Positions 24,411-31,661 of a stretch of DNA of 32,000 nucleotides are shown here, piece by piece. The notes beneath the pieces are model-generated. The model was not told the origin of the DNA, did not search any database, and worked only from the letters and a program-made list of their open reading frames with translations. A program made the translations under genes and the position numbers. This DNA comes from Desulfobulbus propionicus DSM 2032 (GTDB lineage: Bacteria > Desulfobacterota > Desulfobulbia > Desulfobulbales > Desulfobulbaceae): positions 2,370,001 through 2,402,000 of the forward strand of contig NC_014972.1 of the NCBI RefSeq assembly GCF_000186885.1, read 5' to 3'. Positions within the stretch are counted from its first letter, which is position 1, and every line of letters starts with the position of its first letter.

Positions 24411-26336
24411 ATGCAACGAAAAATCTACCTTGACATGCATTCCCGGGAAGAGGCCCAACGGCTGTTCTGGTCCCGTTTCGGCCAGCGAACCACTGAAGCG
24501 GAGACCATTCCCTCGCGCCTGGCCCGGGGCCGGGTGACCGCCGCGCCGGTCACCGCCCGTTTCTCCTCGCCCTCATTTCATTCGGCGGCCATGGACGGAT
24601 TGGCGGTGCGGGCCGAGGACACCTTCGGCGCCAGTGACGACACGCCCCGGACCCTGCGCATCGACACCGGCGAGGCGGTGCCGGTCAACACCGGCTATCC
24701 GCTGCCGCCGGACAAAAACGCGGTGATCATGATCGAAAACGTATTGCTGGCCGATGACGGCGCGACCGGCGTGATCCGCGCTCCGGTCTACCCCTGGCAG
24801 CACGTGCGCAAGGTGGGCGAGGATATCGTCGCCACCGAACTGCTGTTCCCCACCGGTCATCAGTTGCGGCCGGCGGACATCGGCGCCCTGCTCACCGGCG
24901 GCTGTGCCACGGTGCGGGTGCGCAAACGGCCCAAGGTGGTGATCATCCCCACCGGCAGCGAGCTGGTCCGCTTGGAGGACTACCCGGATGCGCCACCGGC
25001 CGGCAAGACCATCGAATCGAACGCCACCGTGCTGGCCGGACTGGCCGAACAGGCCGGGGCCGAGGTGGCGATTACCCCCATCATCAGCGACGACTTCGCC
25101 ACCATCTCCCGCCACCTGCAGGCCACGGTCGCCTCCGAGGCCGATCTGGTGATCATCAACGCCGGTTCCTCGGCGGGCAGCGCCGATTACACGGTGCGGA
25201 TCATCGAGCAACTGGGCGAAATCCTGGTGCACGGCATCACCATCATGCCCGGCAAGCCGACCATTCTCGGCGTGATTGACCACAAGCCGGTGGTCGGCAT
25301 CCCCGGCTATCCGGTGTCGGCGATCATCGCCATGGAGCAGCTGGTGGTGCCGCTCTTGGCCCGGATGCAGGGGGTGCATGTGGACCCGCCGGCAACGGTC
25401 CAGGCGGTTCTCGCCAAGGATCTGCCCTCGCGCAGCGGGATCGAGGAGTTCCGGCGGATGATCGTCGGCCGCATCGACGACCGGTTTGTCGCCGTGCCCC
25501 TCAAGCAGGGTGCCGGCGCCATCACCACCCTTACCCGGGCCAACGGCATGCTGCGCATCGCCGCCGCCTCCGAGGGGGAGATCCACGGCCGCGAGGTGAC
25601 CATCGAGCTGCTCGTGCCCCGGCCCCAGGCCGAACGCACCATCCTCTGCACCGGCAGTCACGACCTCTGCCTGGATGTGCTCGGCGATCTGCTGCGCAAG
25701 CAGGACCCGGCCTATCCCCTGGCCTCGACCCATGTCGGCAGTCTGGGCGGCCTCATGGCCCTGAAACAGGGGATGTGCCACCTCGCCGGCTCGCATCTGC
25801 TCGATCCCATGGACGGCTCCTACAACACCAGCTACATCCGCAAGCATCTGGCCGGACGCGATATCCGCGCCGTCACCCTGGTGCACCGCGAACAGGGATT
25901 CATCGTCCCCAAGGGCAATCCGAAAAACATAGCGTCTATTCACGACCTGTTCGGCGAGGGTATCCGCTTCATCAACCGCCAAGCGGGTTCCGGCACCCGG
26001 GTGCTGCTCGACTACGAACTGGAACGCCACCATCTCGATCCCGACGCCATCCTCGGCTACGATCAGGATGAATACACCCACATGGCGGTGGCGGTGGCGG
26101 TGTTGTCGGGCAAGGTGGATACCGGGCTGGGGATCAAGAGCGCGGCCAATGCCTTGGGGCTCGATTTCGTGCCGCTGGTCGAGGAACGCTACGACCTGCT
26201 CCTTCCCGGCGAGCTGTTCGATACGCCGATGATCCAGGCCGTGCTGACGGTGATCAATACCGCCGATTTCCGCCAGGCGGTGGAGGCGTTGGGCGGCTAT
26301 TCCACCCGGGAAACGGGCCGGCTGGTGGAACGTTAA
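24411..26336 (+). CDS. MoeA fused to a C-terminal PBP-like (oxyanion-binding, PF12727-type) domain
   Basis: The N-terminal about 410 aa are MoeA-like (SPSFHSAAMDGLAVRAEDT, VVIIPTGSELV, LVIINAGSSAGSADYT, ITIMPGKPT). The C-terminal about 230 aa (from about 25638) read ILCTGSHDLCLD..GSLGGLMAL..CHLAGSHL..NRQAGSGTRVLLD..GYDQDEYTHMAVA..LDFVPLVEERYDLL. The start is taken at ATG 24411 (MQRKIYL). Confidence 0.82.
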   Translation: MQRKIYLDMHSREEAQRLFWSRFGQRTTEAETIPSRLARGRVTAAPVTARFSSPSFHSAAMDGLAVRAEDTFGASDDTPRTLRIDTGEAVPVNTGYPLPPDKNAVIMIENVLLADDGATGVIRAPVYPWQHVRKVGEDIVATELLFPTGHQLRPADIGALLTGGCATVRVRKRPKVVIIPTGSELVRLEDYPDAPPAGKTIESNATVLAGLAEQAGAEVAITPIISDDFATISRHLQATVASEADLVIINAGSSAGSADYTVRIIEQLGEILVHGITIMPGKPTILGVIDHKPVVGIPGYPVSAIIAMEQLVVPLLARMQGVHVDPPATVQAVLAKDLPSRSGIEEFRRMIVGRIDDRFVAVPLKQGAGAITTLTRANGMLRIAAASEGEIHGREVTIELLVPRPQAERTILCTGSHDLCLDVLGDLLRKQDPAYPLASTHVGSLGGLMALKQGMCHLAGSHLLDPMDGSYNTSYIRKHLAGRDIRAVTLVHREQGFIVPKGNPKNIASIHDLFGEGIRFINRQAGSGTRVLLDYELERHHLDPDAILGYDQDEYTHMAVAVAVLSGKVDTGLGIKSAANALGLDFVPLVEERYDLLLPGELFDTPMIQAVLTVINTADFRQAVEALGGYSTRETGRLVER

Positions 26337-26358
26337 AAGGGAAGCGTCCGCTTACCTT
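26337..26358. terminator. Hairpin between the convergent moeA-fusion and thiF-like genes (possible bidirectional terminator)
   Basis: AAGGGAAGCG (26337-26346) pairs with CGCTTACCTT (26349-26358) with 1 mismatch and a 2-nt loop. It overlaps the thiF-like stop codon. This is a weak call. Confidence 0.25.
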
Positions 26359-27035
26359 TCGTTGAGGACAAAATCGCCTTCCCGGAGATCAATGTGCAGC
26401 CAGCCATGGTGCAGCGGCGAGGGGAACCCGAGCAACAGCTTGACCGTTTCGGCGGCCTGCAGGCTGGCAATGACCGCCACGGTGAACGAGAGCACCGAGG
26501 GCGCGGGGCCGGTGGCCATGCGCCGGGGATAGAGGCGGTCGAGCAGATCGTCGCCGGGCAACCGCACCCCCACCTGGCCGTACCAGCCGCTGACCGCGCC
26601 ATGCACCAGGGGGATGGACCGCCGATCGCACAGGGACGCCAGATCGCGGCGGGCCTGGATGTTATCGAGACAGTCGACCGCCGCATCGACCCGGAACGGC
26701 TCGTCCTGATCGGCAACGGCGCGGAAATCGACGGGGAAGAACCGGGTGGCGGTGAAGGCATGGATCGAGGCCACCCGCTCGGCCGCTGCCTCGGCCTTGT
26801 TGCGGCCCAGGGTGGACCAGAGGGCGTTGAGCTGACGGTTGCCGTTGCTCGCCGCAAAGACATCGGGATCAAAGAGGTGCAGCCGTCCGACCCCGATGCG
26901 CGTCAACTCCTCGATCACATAGCCCCCCAAGCCGCCGCAGCCGATCACCGCCACGCTTTTCCCGTGCAGCCGCCGCTGCTGTTGGTCGGTAAGGGATCCC
27001 TGGTTACGGGCAAAGGTATCGGCAAAAGAGGGCAT
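26352..27035 (-). CDS. ThiF/MoeB/HesA-family E1-like adenylyltransferase (short form, no rhodanese domain)
   Basis: The sequence KSVAVIGCGGLGGYVIEELTRIGVGRLHLFDPDVFAASNGNRQ contains a GxGxxG nucleotide-binding loop. I prefer the ATG at 27035 (MPSFADTF..., about 227 aa) over the track start at 27203, whose extension is Arg/Gly-rich and crosses the divergent gene. Confidence 0.78.
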   Translation of the reverse strand: MPSFADTFARNQGSLTDQQQRRLHGKSVAVIGCGGLGGYVIEELTRIGVGRLHLFDPDVFAASNGNRQLNALWSTLGRNKAEAAAERVASIHAFTATRFFPVDFRAVADQDEPFRVDAAVDCLDNIQARRDLASLCDRRSIPLVHGAVSGWYGQVGVRLPGDDLLDRLYPRRMATGPAPSVLSFTVAVIASLQAAETVKLLLGFPSPLHHGWLHIDLREGDFVLNER

Positions 27036-27151
27036 GGCCACGACCTGCTGTTTGAGATGATTGTTGTTTGTTTTCCAGACGATACCTGCGTCGTCGTTCG
27101 ATGTCAATCGCTTCGCGGCGCCGGCTGATTTCCGGCAAGGGATTGGTGCCC

Positions 27152-27616
27152 ATGGACCCCCAACAAAACACCCCGCGCTCCTCTCCAGGCGAGAGACAAC
27201 CATCGCCCGCTCCCCTCTGGGGCGACCGGTTGCCGGCCAACATTCTACGCTGGCTGTCCATCGCAGCGCGCACCAGCCATCTCGGCGTGGCGGCGGTGCT
27301 GTTCGGTGGCCTGCTCCTGCTGGTGCCCTTCGCCCGCCTGGCCCCCTGGCACCACCTGACCATCGTCACCGGCGCTGTCCTGCTGACCCTTGAATGGCAG
27401 CACGACAGCCGCTGGCCGCACCGGGGCAAGGGGTTGCTGGCCCTGCTCCATCTCGGCCTCTGCCTGCTGATCCACCTCGCTCCGGCACTAACCGTGCCGT
27501 TGCTGTGGGCCATCCTGATCAGCGGCTCGGTCGGCAGCCACATGCCGCGGCGCTTCCGCCACTGGTCAATCCTTCAGGGGTGGGAGCGGCAAGACAACGA
27601 ACCACGGCCGCGCTGA
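27152..27616 (+). CDS. Small hypothetical integral membrane protein (3-4 TM)
   Basis: Strong GC3 codon bias is consistent with real coding sequence. Hydrophobic segments include HLGVAAVLFGGLLLLVPF, HHLTIVTGAVLLTL, LLALLHLGLCLLIHLAP and LLWAILISGSVG. I recognised no family. The start is uncertain among TTG 27068, ATG 27101 and ATG 27152. Confidence 0.5.
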   Translation: MDPQQNTPRSSPGERQPSPAPLWGDRLPANILRWLSIAARTSHLGVAAVLFGGLLLLVPFARLAPWHHLTIVTGAVLLTLEWQHDSRWPHRGKGLLALLHLGLCLLIHLAPALTVPLLWAILISGSVGSHMPRRFRHWSILQGWERQDNEPRPR

Positions 27617-27787
27617 CGGGACGGTGAGCACCCGACCACGGCACCCCCAGCTGTTGTTTTTGGTCGGAATGAGTCGATAATGGAAAAAGAAACCGAGAAT
27701 TACACAACAGTATTGACGGAAAGCGACCAAAAAAGCCATCCTGAAGGGGCAACTTCTGATCCGATTCTTTCTGCCCCAGGATTGTCC

Positions 27788-28699
27788 ATGAAACGCTTGA
27801 TGACCACCAAAGAGGTGGCCGAATTCCTCAATATCCACGAAAAAATGGTCTACACCCTGGTGTCGGAGAAGGCCATGCCGGCCACCAAGATTGCCGGCAA
27901 ATGGCTCTTTCCCCAATACCTGATCGAACAGTGGGTGGAGAACAACACCATCAATTTTCCCGACAACGCCCGCCCCCTGACCTCCAACCAGCGGCTGATC
28001 GTGCTTGCCGGCAGCAACGACCTGCTGCTCGACACGACCATCACCCTGTTCAACCGCTCCTTTTCCGGCCACTTGGCTGTGTTCGGCAACATCGGCAGCA
28101 TGGGCGGGGTCCAGGCCCTGCGCAACAACCTGTGCCACATCGCCGCCAGCCACCTCATCCAGGACGACGAGGCCGACTACAACTTTCAGTTCGCGGCCCA
28201 GGAGTTCGAGAAGATGCCGGTGGTCGTCAACTTCTGCCGCCGACTGCAGGGACTGCTGGTGCGCAAGAACAACCCGCTGGAGATCCTGTCGGTGGCCGAC
28301 CTGGCCCGCCCTGGACTGCGGCTGGTCAATCGTTCGCTCGGCACCGGCACCCGCCTGCTGCTCGACCGCGAACTGCAGAAGGCCGGCCTGCGCGGCGACA
28401 AGATCATCGGTTACGATCGGGAGGTGGCCCGCCACATGGATGTCGGCCTGGAGATTCTCGCCGGGCGGGCCGATGTCGGTCCGGGCATCGAGGCGGTGGC
28501 CGGAGCCCTGGACCTCGACTTCCTGCCCCTGCGCTGGGAGCGATTCGACCTCTTGGTGTCCAAGGAGGTCTTTTTTGAAAAGGCGATCCAGGCCTTTTTT
28601 GGCCTGCTTCAATCCGAACCGTTCAAGGAGGCCGGGCGGGCCATCAAGGGGTATGACCTGACCATGGCCGGCAAGATCGTCTTTCAGGACGGGCAGTAA
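27788..28699 (+). CDS. Transcriptional regulator: excisionase/MerR-like HTH (HTH_17-type) + PBP-like oxyanion-binding domain; putative tungstate/molybdate-responsive regulator
   Basis: The N-terminus MKRLMTTKEVAEFLNIHEKMVYTLVSEKAMPATKIAGKWLFPQYLIEQWV is an HTH. The C-terminal domain is clearly paralogous to the MoeA-fusion C-terminus (GSNDLLLD, GSMGGVQAL, CHIAASHL, NRSLGTGTRLLLD, GYDREVARHMDV, LDFLPLRWERFDLL). I prefer ATG 27788 (AGGA 6 nt upstream). The track start at 27680 would add a lower-GC extension of 36 aa. Confidence 0.75.
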   Translation: MKRLMTTKEVAEFLNIHEKMVYTLVSEKAMPATKIAGKWLFPQYLIEQWVENNTINFPDNARPLTSNQRLIVLAGSNDLLLDTTITLFNRSFSGHLAVFGNIGSMGGVQALRNNLCHIAASHLIQDDEADYNFQFAAQEFEKMPVVVNFCRRLQGLLVRKNNPLEILSVADLARPGLRLVNRSLGTGTRLLLDRELQKAGLRGDKIIGYDREVARHMDVGLEILAGRADVGPGIEAVAGALDLDFLPLRWERFDLLVSKEVFFEKAIQAFFGLLQSEPFKEAGRAIKGYDLTMAGKIVFQDGQ

Positions 28700-28750
28700 T
28701 TTTTTACCTGGCAGGGTTGCCTGCCTGAAATCATGCACAAGGAGTCTATC

Positions 28751-29641
28751 ATGAAACTCGAACAATTGTTGGCGTGTGGCCTGACCATGGCCCTGATGGC
28801 CGCTGGTCCGGCCATGGCCGCGGACAAAATCATCAAAATGTCGACCACCACCTCGACCCAGGATTCGGGACTGCTGGATGTGTTGTTGCCTGCCCTGGAA
28901 AAGGACACCGGCATCCAGGTCAAGGTGATCGCCAAGGGAACGGGAGCGGCCATTCGTGACGGCGTCGACGGCAACGTGGACGCCATTTTCGTCCATGACA
29001 CCGCCCGGGAGGAAACCTTTGTCAAGGACGGCTACGGCAGCAAACGCTATGCGGTGATGCACAACGACTTCATCCTCGTCGGCCCGGCCGCCGATCAGGC
29101 CAAGATCAAGGGCACCGCCGAGGGCGCCGAGGCCCTGAAAAAGATCGCCGCCGCCAAGGCCACCTTTGTCTCCCGTGGCGATGATTCCGGCACCCACGCC
29201 AAGGAGCAGGAACTGTGGAAAGCCGCCGCCCTGCCCTTGGAAACCGTTACCTCCACCCTGGAGAAGGACGGCAAACAGATCCCGATCAAGGCCGTGCAGC
29301 CGGCCAACGCCAAAGACTGGTACCTGTCGGTGGGCCAAGGCATGGGCAAGACCCTGACCCTGACCGATGAGAAGCAGGCCTACACCCTGGCCGATCGCGG
29401 CTCCTTCATCAAATACAAATACGGACGGGAAGTGCCGGTCAACCTTGAGATCCTCTGCGAGGGCGGCAACCAGCTGGCCAACCCTTACGGCTTCATTCCG
29501 GTGAGCCAGGCCAAGCATCCGCATGCCAAGACCGCCGTGGCCGAGGAAATGGCCCAGTGGCTGGTCTCTGCCAAGGGACAGCAGGTGATCGCCGACTACA
29601 AGTTGCTCGGCAAGCAACTGTTCTTCCCCGACGCCAAGTAA
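28751..29641 (+). CDS. tupA: Tungstate ABC transporter substrate-binding protein TupA
   Basis: The signal peptide is MKLEQLLACGLTMALMAAGPAMA. It is followed by DKIIKMSTTTSTQDSGLLDVLLP...KGTGAAIRDGVDGNVDAIFVHD, the TupA-type TTTS/DSGL anion-binding motif. AGGAG lies 6 nt upstream of the ATG at 28751. Confidence 0.88.
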   Translation: MKLEQLLACGLTMALMAAGPAMAADKIIKMSTTTSTQDSGLLDVLLPALEKDTGIQVKVIAKGTGAAIRDGVDGNVDAIFVHDTAREETFVKDGYGSKRYAVMHNDFILVGPAADQAKIKGTAEGAEALKKIAAAKATFVSRGDDSGTHAKEQELWKAAALPLETVTSTLEKDGKQIPIKAVQPANAKDWYLSVGQGMGKTLTLTDEKQAYTLADRGSFIKYKYGREVPVNLEILCEGGNQLANPYGFIPVSQAKHPHAKTAVAEEMAQWLVSAKGQQVIADYKLLGKQLFFPDAK

Positions 29642-29677
29642 GAAAAATTCGGTCGTGAGTTCGGGCGGAGGGCAGGG

Positions 29678-30415
29678 ATGCCCTTCGCCCTTTTTTCCTT
29701 TTCCCGTTCAATCGACGCGATGTCCTTTTTTTTCGACAGTTTTGCTGCCGCCTGCCGCCTGGCCTGGTCGCTCGATCCGGAACTGCTGACCATTGTTCGG
29801 GTGTCGCTTGCGGTCAGCTGCCTGGCCACGGTGTTGGCCAGCCTGGTCGGTATTCCCGCCGGCTTTGCCATCGCCCATGGCCGCTTGCCCGGCAAGCGGG
29901 CGGTGATCACCCTGCTCAACACCCTCCTGGCCCTGCCCACGGTGGTGATCGGCCTGTTCGTCTACGTGTTCATCTCCCGGCGCGGCGTCTTCGGGCCGCT
30001 TGATCTGCTCTATACCCAGAAGGCGATGATCATCGGCCAGTTTCTCCTCGTTCTGCCGCTGGTCACCGCCCTGACCATCGCCGCCATCAGCCGGGTCGAC
30101 GCGCGCTACCGCATGACCGCTCGCACCCTGGGGGCCAACGACTGGCAGACCGCCCTGGTGGTCCTGCGCGAAGCCCGCTTCGGCATTGCCGCGGCGGTCA
30201 TCTCCAGCTTTGGCCGGGTGATCTCGGAGATCGGCATCTCGATGATGCTCGGCGGCAACATCAAGGGGTTCACCCGCACCATGACCACGGCCATGGCCCT
30301 GGAGTACGACAAGGGCTCCTTTACCCTGGCCGTGGCCCTGGGGTTGGTGCTGATGGCCATCAGCCTGGGGATGAATGTGCTGTTCAACCTGGCGCAGGGG
30401 AGGAGCGGCCGATGA
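29678..30415 (+). CDS. tupB: Tungstate ABC transporter permease TupB
   Basis: A polytopic protein with the BPD_transp_1-type EAA loop region (..RMTARTLGANDWQTALVVLREARFG..). GGAGG lies 6 nt upstream of the ATG at 29678, with ATG 29720 as an alternative. It sits between tupA and the ATPase gene. Confidence 0.85.
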   Translation: MPFALFSFSRSIDAMSFFFDSFAAACRLAWSLDPELLTIVRVSLAVSCLATVLASLVGIPAGFAIAHGRLPGKRAVITLLNTLLALPTVVIGLFVYVFISRRGVFGPLDLLYTQKAMIIGQFLLVLPLVTALTIAAISRVDARYRMTARTLGANDWQTALVVLREARFGIAAAVISSFGRVISEIGISMMLGGNIKGFTRTMTTAMALEYDKGSFTLAVALGLVLMAISLGMNVLFNLAQGRSGR

Positions 30416-31449
30416 TGTGCTACACCCTGACCCAGCTTGTCCAGCGCTACCACCAGCGGCTGGTGCTTTCCATCGACCGCCTCGAAATCGAAGCCGGCCG
30501 CATTCATGCCCTGCTGGGCCCCAATGGCGCGGGCAAGACCACCCTGCTCCATATTCTTGCCTTTCTCGCCACACCGGCGGGCGGGACGATGACCTTCAAC
30601 GGCGAACCGGTGGACCTGTCGGCCAGCAACCTGCTGCAACTCCGTCGCCGGGTGGTGCTGGTGGACCAGCATCCGATCATGTTTTCCACCACGGTGCGGG
30701 GCAACATCGAATTCGGCTTGAAGATCCGCCGCGTCGGCACACGGGAACGGCTGCGGATCGTTGACGAGGTCCTGGATCTGGTGGGTTTGGATCGGTACAA
30801 AACAGCCGCCGCCCACGAACTCTCCGGCGGCGAGACCCAGCGGCTGGCTCTGGCCCGCGCCCTGGCCCTGCGCCCGGAAGTGCTGCTGTGCGACGAACCC
30901 ACCGCCAGTGTCGACGCCGAAAACCAGGCGATCATCGCCGCCCTGCTGCAACAGATCAACGCCGAGCGCGGTACTACCATCGTCTTCACCACCCATGACC
31001 GGCTGCAGGCCGCCTCCCTGGCCCAGCGCACCCTGGTACTGGAAAACGGCCGTCTGGCCCGCACCACCCATGAAAACGCCTTTGCCTGTTCCTTCCGCCA
31101 GGACGGTGGCGCGCCAGACGGTCCGCCGCGCTGCATGCTCCACGGCCTGGTGGCGTTCCCCTTGCCTCCTCTCCGCACCTGCTGGCCGGCAAGACGCGAC
31201 GGCCGCATCCATCTCGATCCGGAAAGGATCACCCTGTGCCGGGCCGAGGAACGGCCCGATGTCGTGCCGACCTTCACCGGTACGGTCGTGCTGGTCATGG
31301 CCGAGGACAATAGGATTCGGGTGGTGGTCAACATCGGGGTTTTGCTGGTGGTGCTCATGCCCCAGGATCATTATCGGCGGGAAAACCCACGCGTCGGTGA
31401 CCGGGTGGGCCTCCACGTGGCCCCCGAGGGCATCACCCTGCTGGATTGA
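30412..31449 (+). CDS. tupC: Tungstate ABC transporter ATP-binding protein TupC with a C-terminal extension of about 120 aa (TOBE-like)
   Basis: It has Walker A GPNGAGKTT, the signature LSGGETQRLALARAL and Walker B LLCDEPTASVD. The C-terminal tail ends ..IRVVVNIGVLLVVLMPQDHYRRENPRVGDRVGLHVAPEGITLLD (TOBE-like beta pattern). An ATGA overlap joins it to tupB. Confidence 0.85.
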   Translation: MMCYTLTQLVQRYHQRLVLSIDRLEIEAGRIHALLGPNGAGKTTLLHILAFLATPAGGTMTFNGEPVDLSASNLLQLRRRVVLVDQHPIMFSTTVRGNIEFGLKIRRVGTRERLRIVDEVLDLVGLDRYKTAAAHELSGGETQRLALARALALRPEVLLCDEPTASVDAENQAIIAALLQQINAERGTTIVFTTHDRLQAASLAQRTLVLENGRLARTTHENAFACSFRQDGGAPDGPPRCMLHGLVAFPLPPLRTCWPARRDGRIHLDPERITLCRAEERPDVVPTFTGTVVLVMAEDNRIRVVVNIGVLLVVLMPQDHYRRENPRVGDRVGLHVAPEGITLLD

Positions 31450-31661
31450 AGCGGCTGCCGGCATGCTCCGGGGTCGCGTTCAATCGCATCTCCGGAAACG
31501 GCCAGCATCCCGGTAGTGCTTGAAATGCCCCAGCCTTCATGGCAAGGTAGGAGCCTCAACCCCAACCCGACCGTCCATACGCCGCCGCCCCGCGCCATCC
31601 GCCACGCGTAATGTGCCTCAATGGCACAGGACATCGCTATCCCGTTGGAGGCCCTGCATCC

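Noticed and set aside
27788-28699. Calling the HTH-PBP-like regulator TunR or ModE
   Set aside because: As I recall, TunR has a XerC/XerD-like DNA-binding domain and ModE has a different winged-helix plus di-Mop architecture. This protein has an excisionase/MerR-like HTH plus a PBP-like domain, so only a generic putative tungstate/molybdate-responsive label is justified.
19287-31464. Very long minus-strand ORFs opposite adh, aor, moeA, regulator/tupA and tupBC (19287..20180, 20876..23008 at 710 aa, 24573..26081, 27566..29617 at 683 aa, 30106..31464, 29708..30574)
   Set aside because: All are G/D/H/R/V-rich low-complexity translations antisense to genes with strong family signatures. None has an SD or recognisable motif. 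They are a GC-driven absence of stop codons, not genes.
31622-31637. TGGCACAGGACATCGC upstream of the mrpA-like gene as a sigma-54 promoter
   Set aside because: The -12 GC is displaced by one nucleotide relative to the strict GG-N10-GC spacing, and there is no TTGC. It lies only about 25 nt from the ATG.
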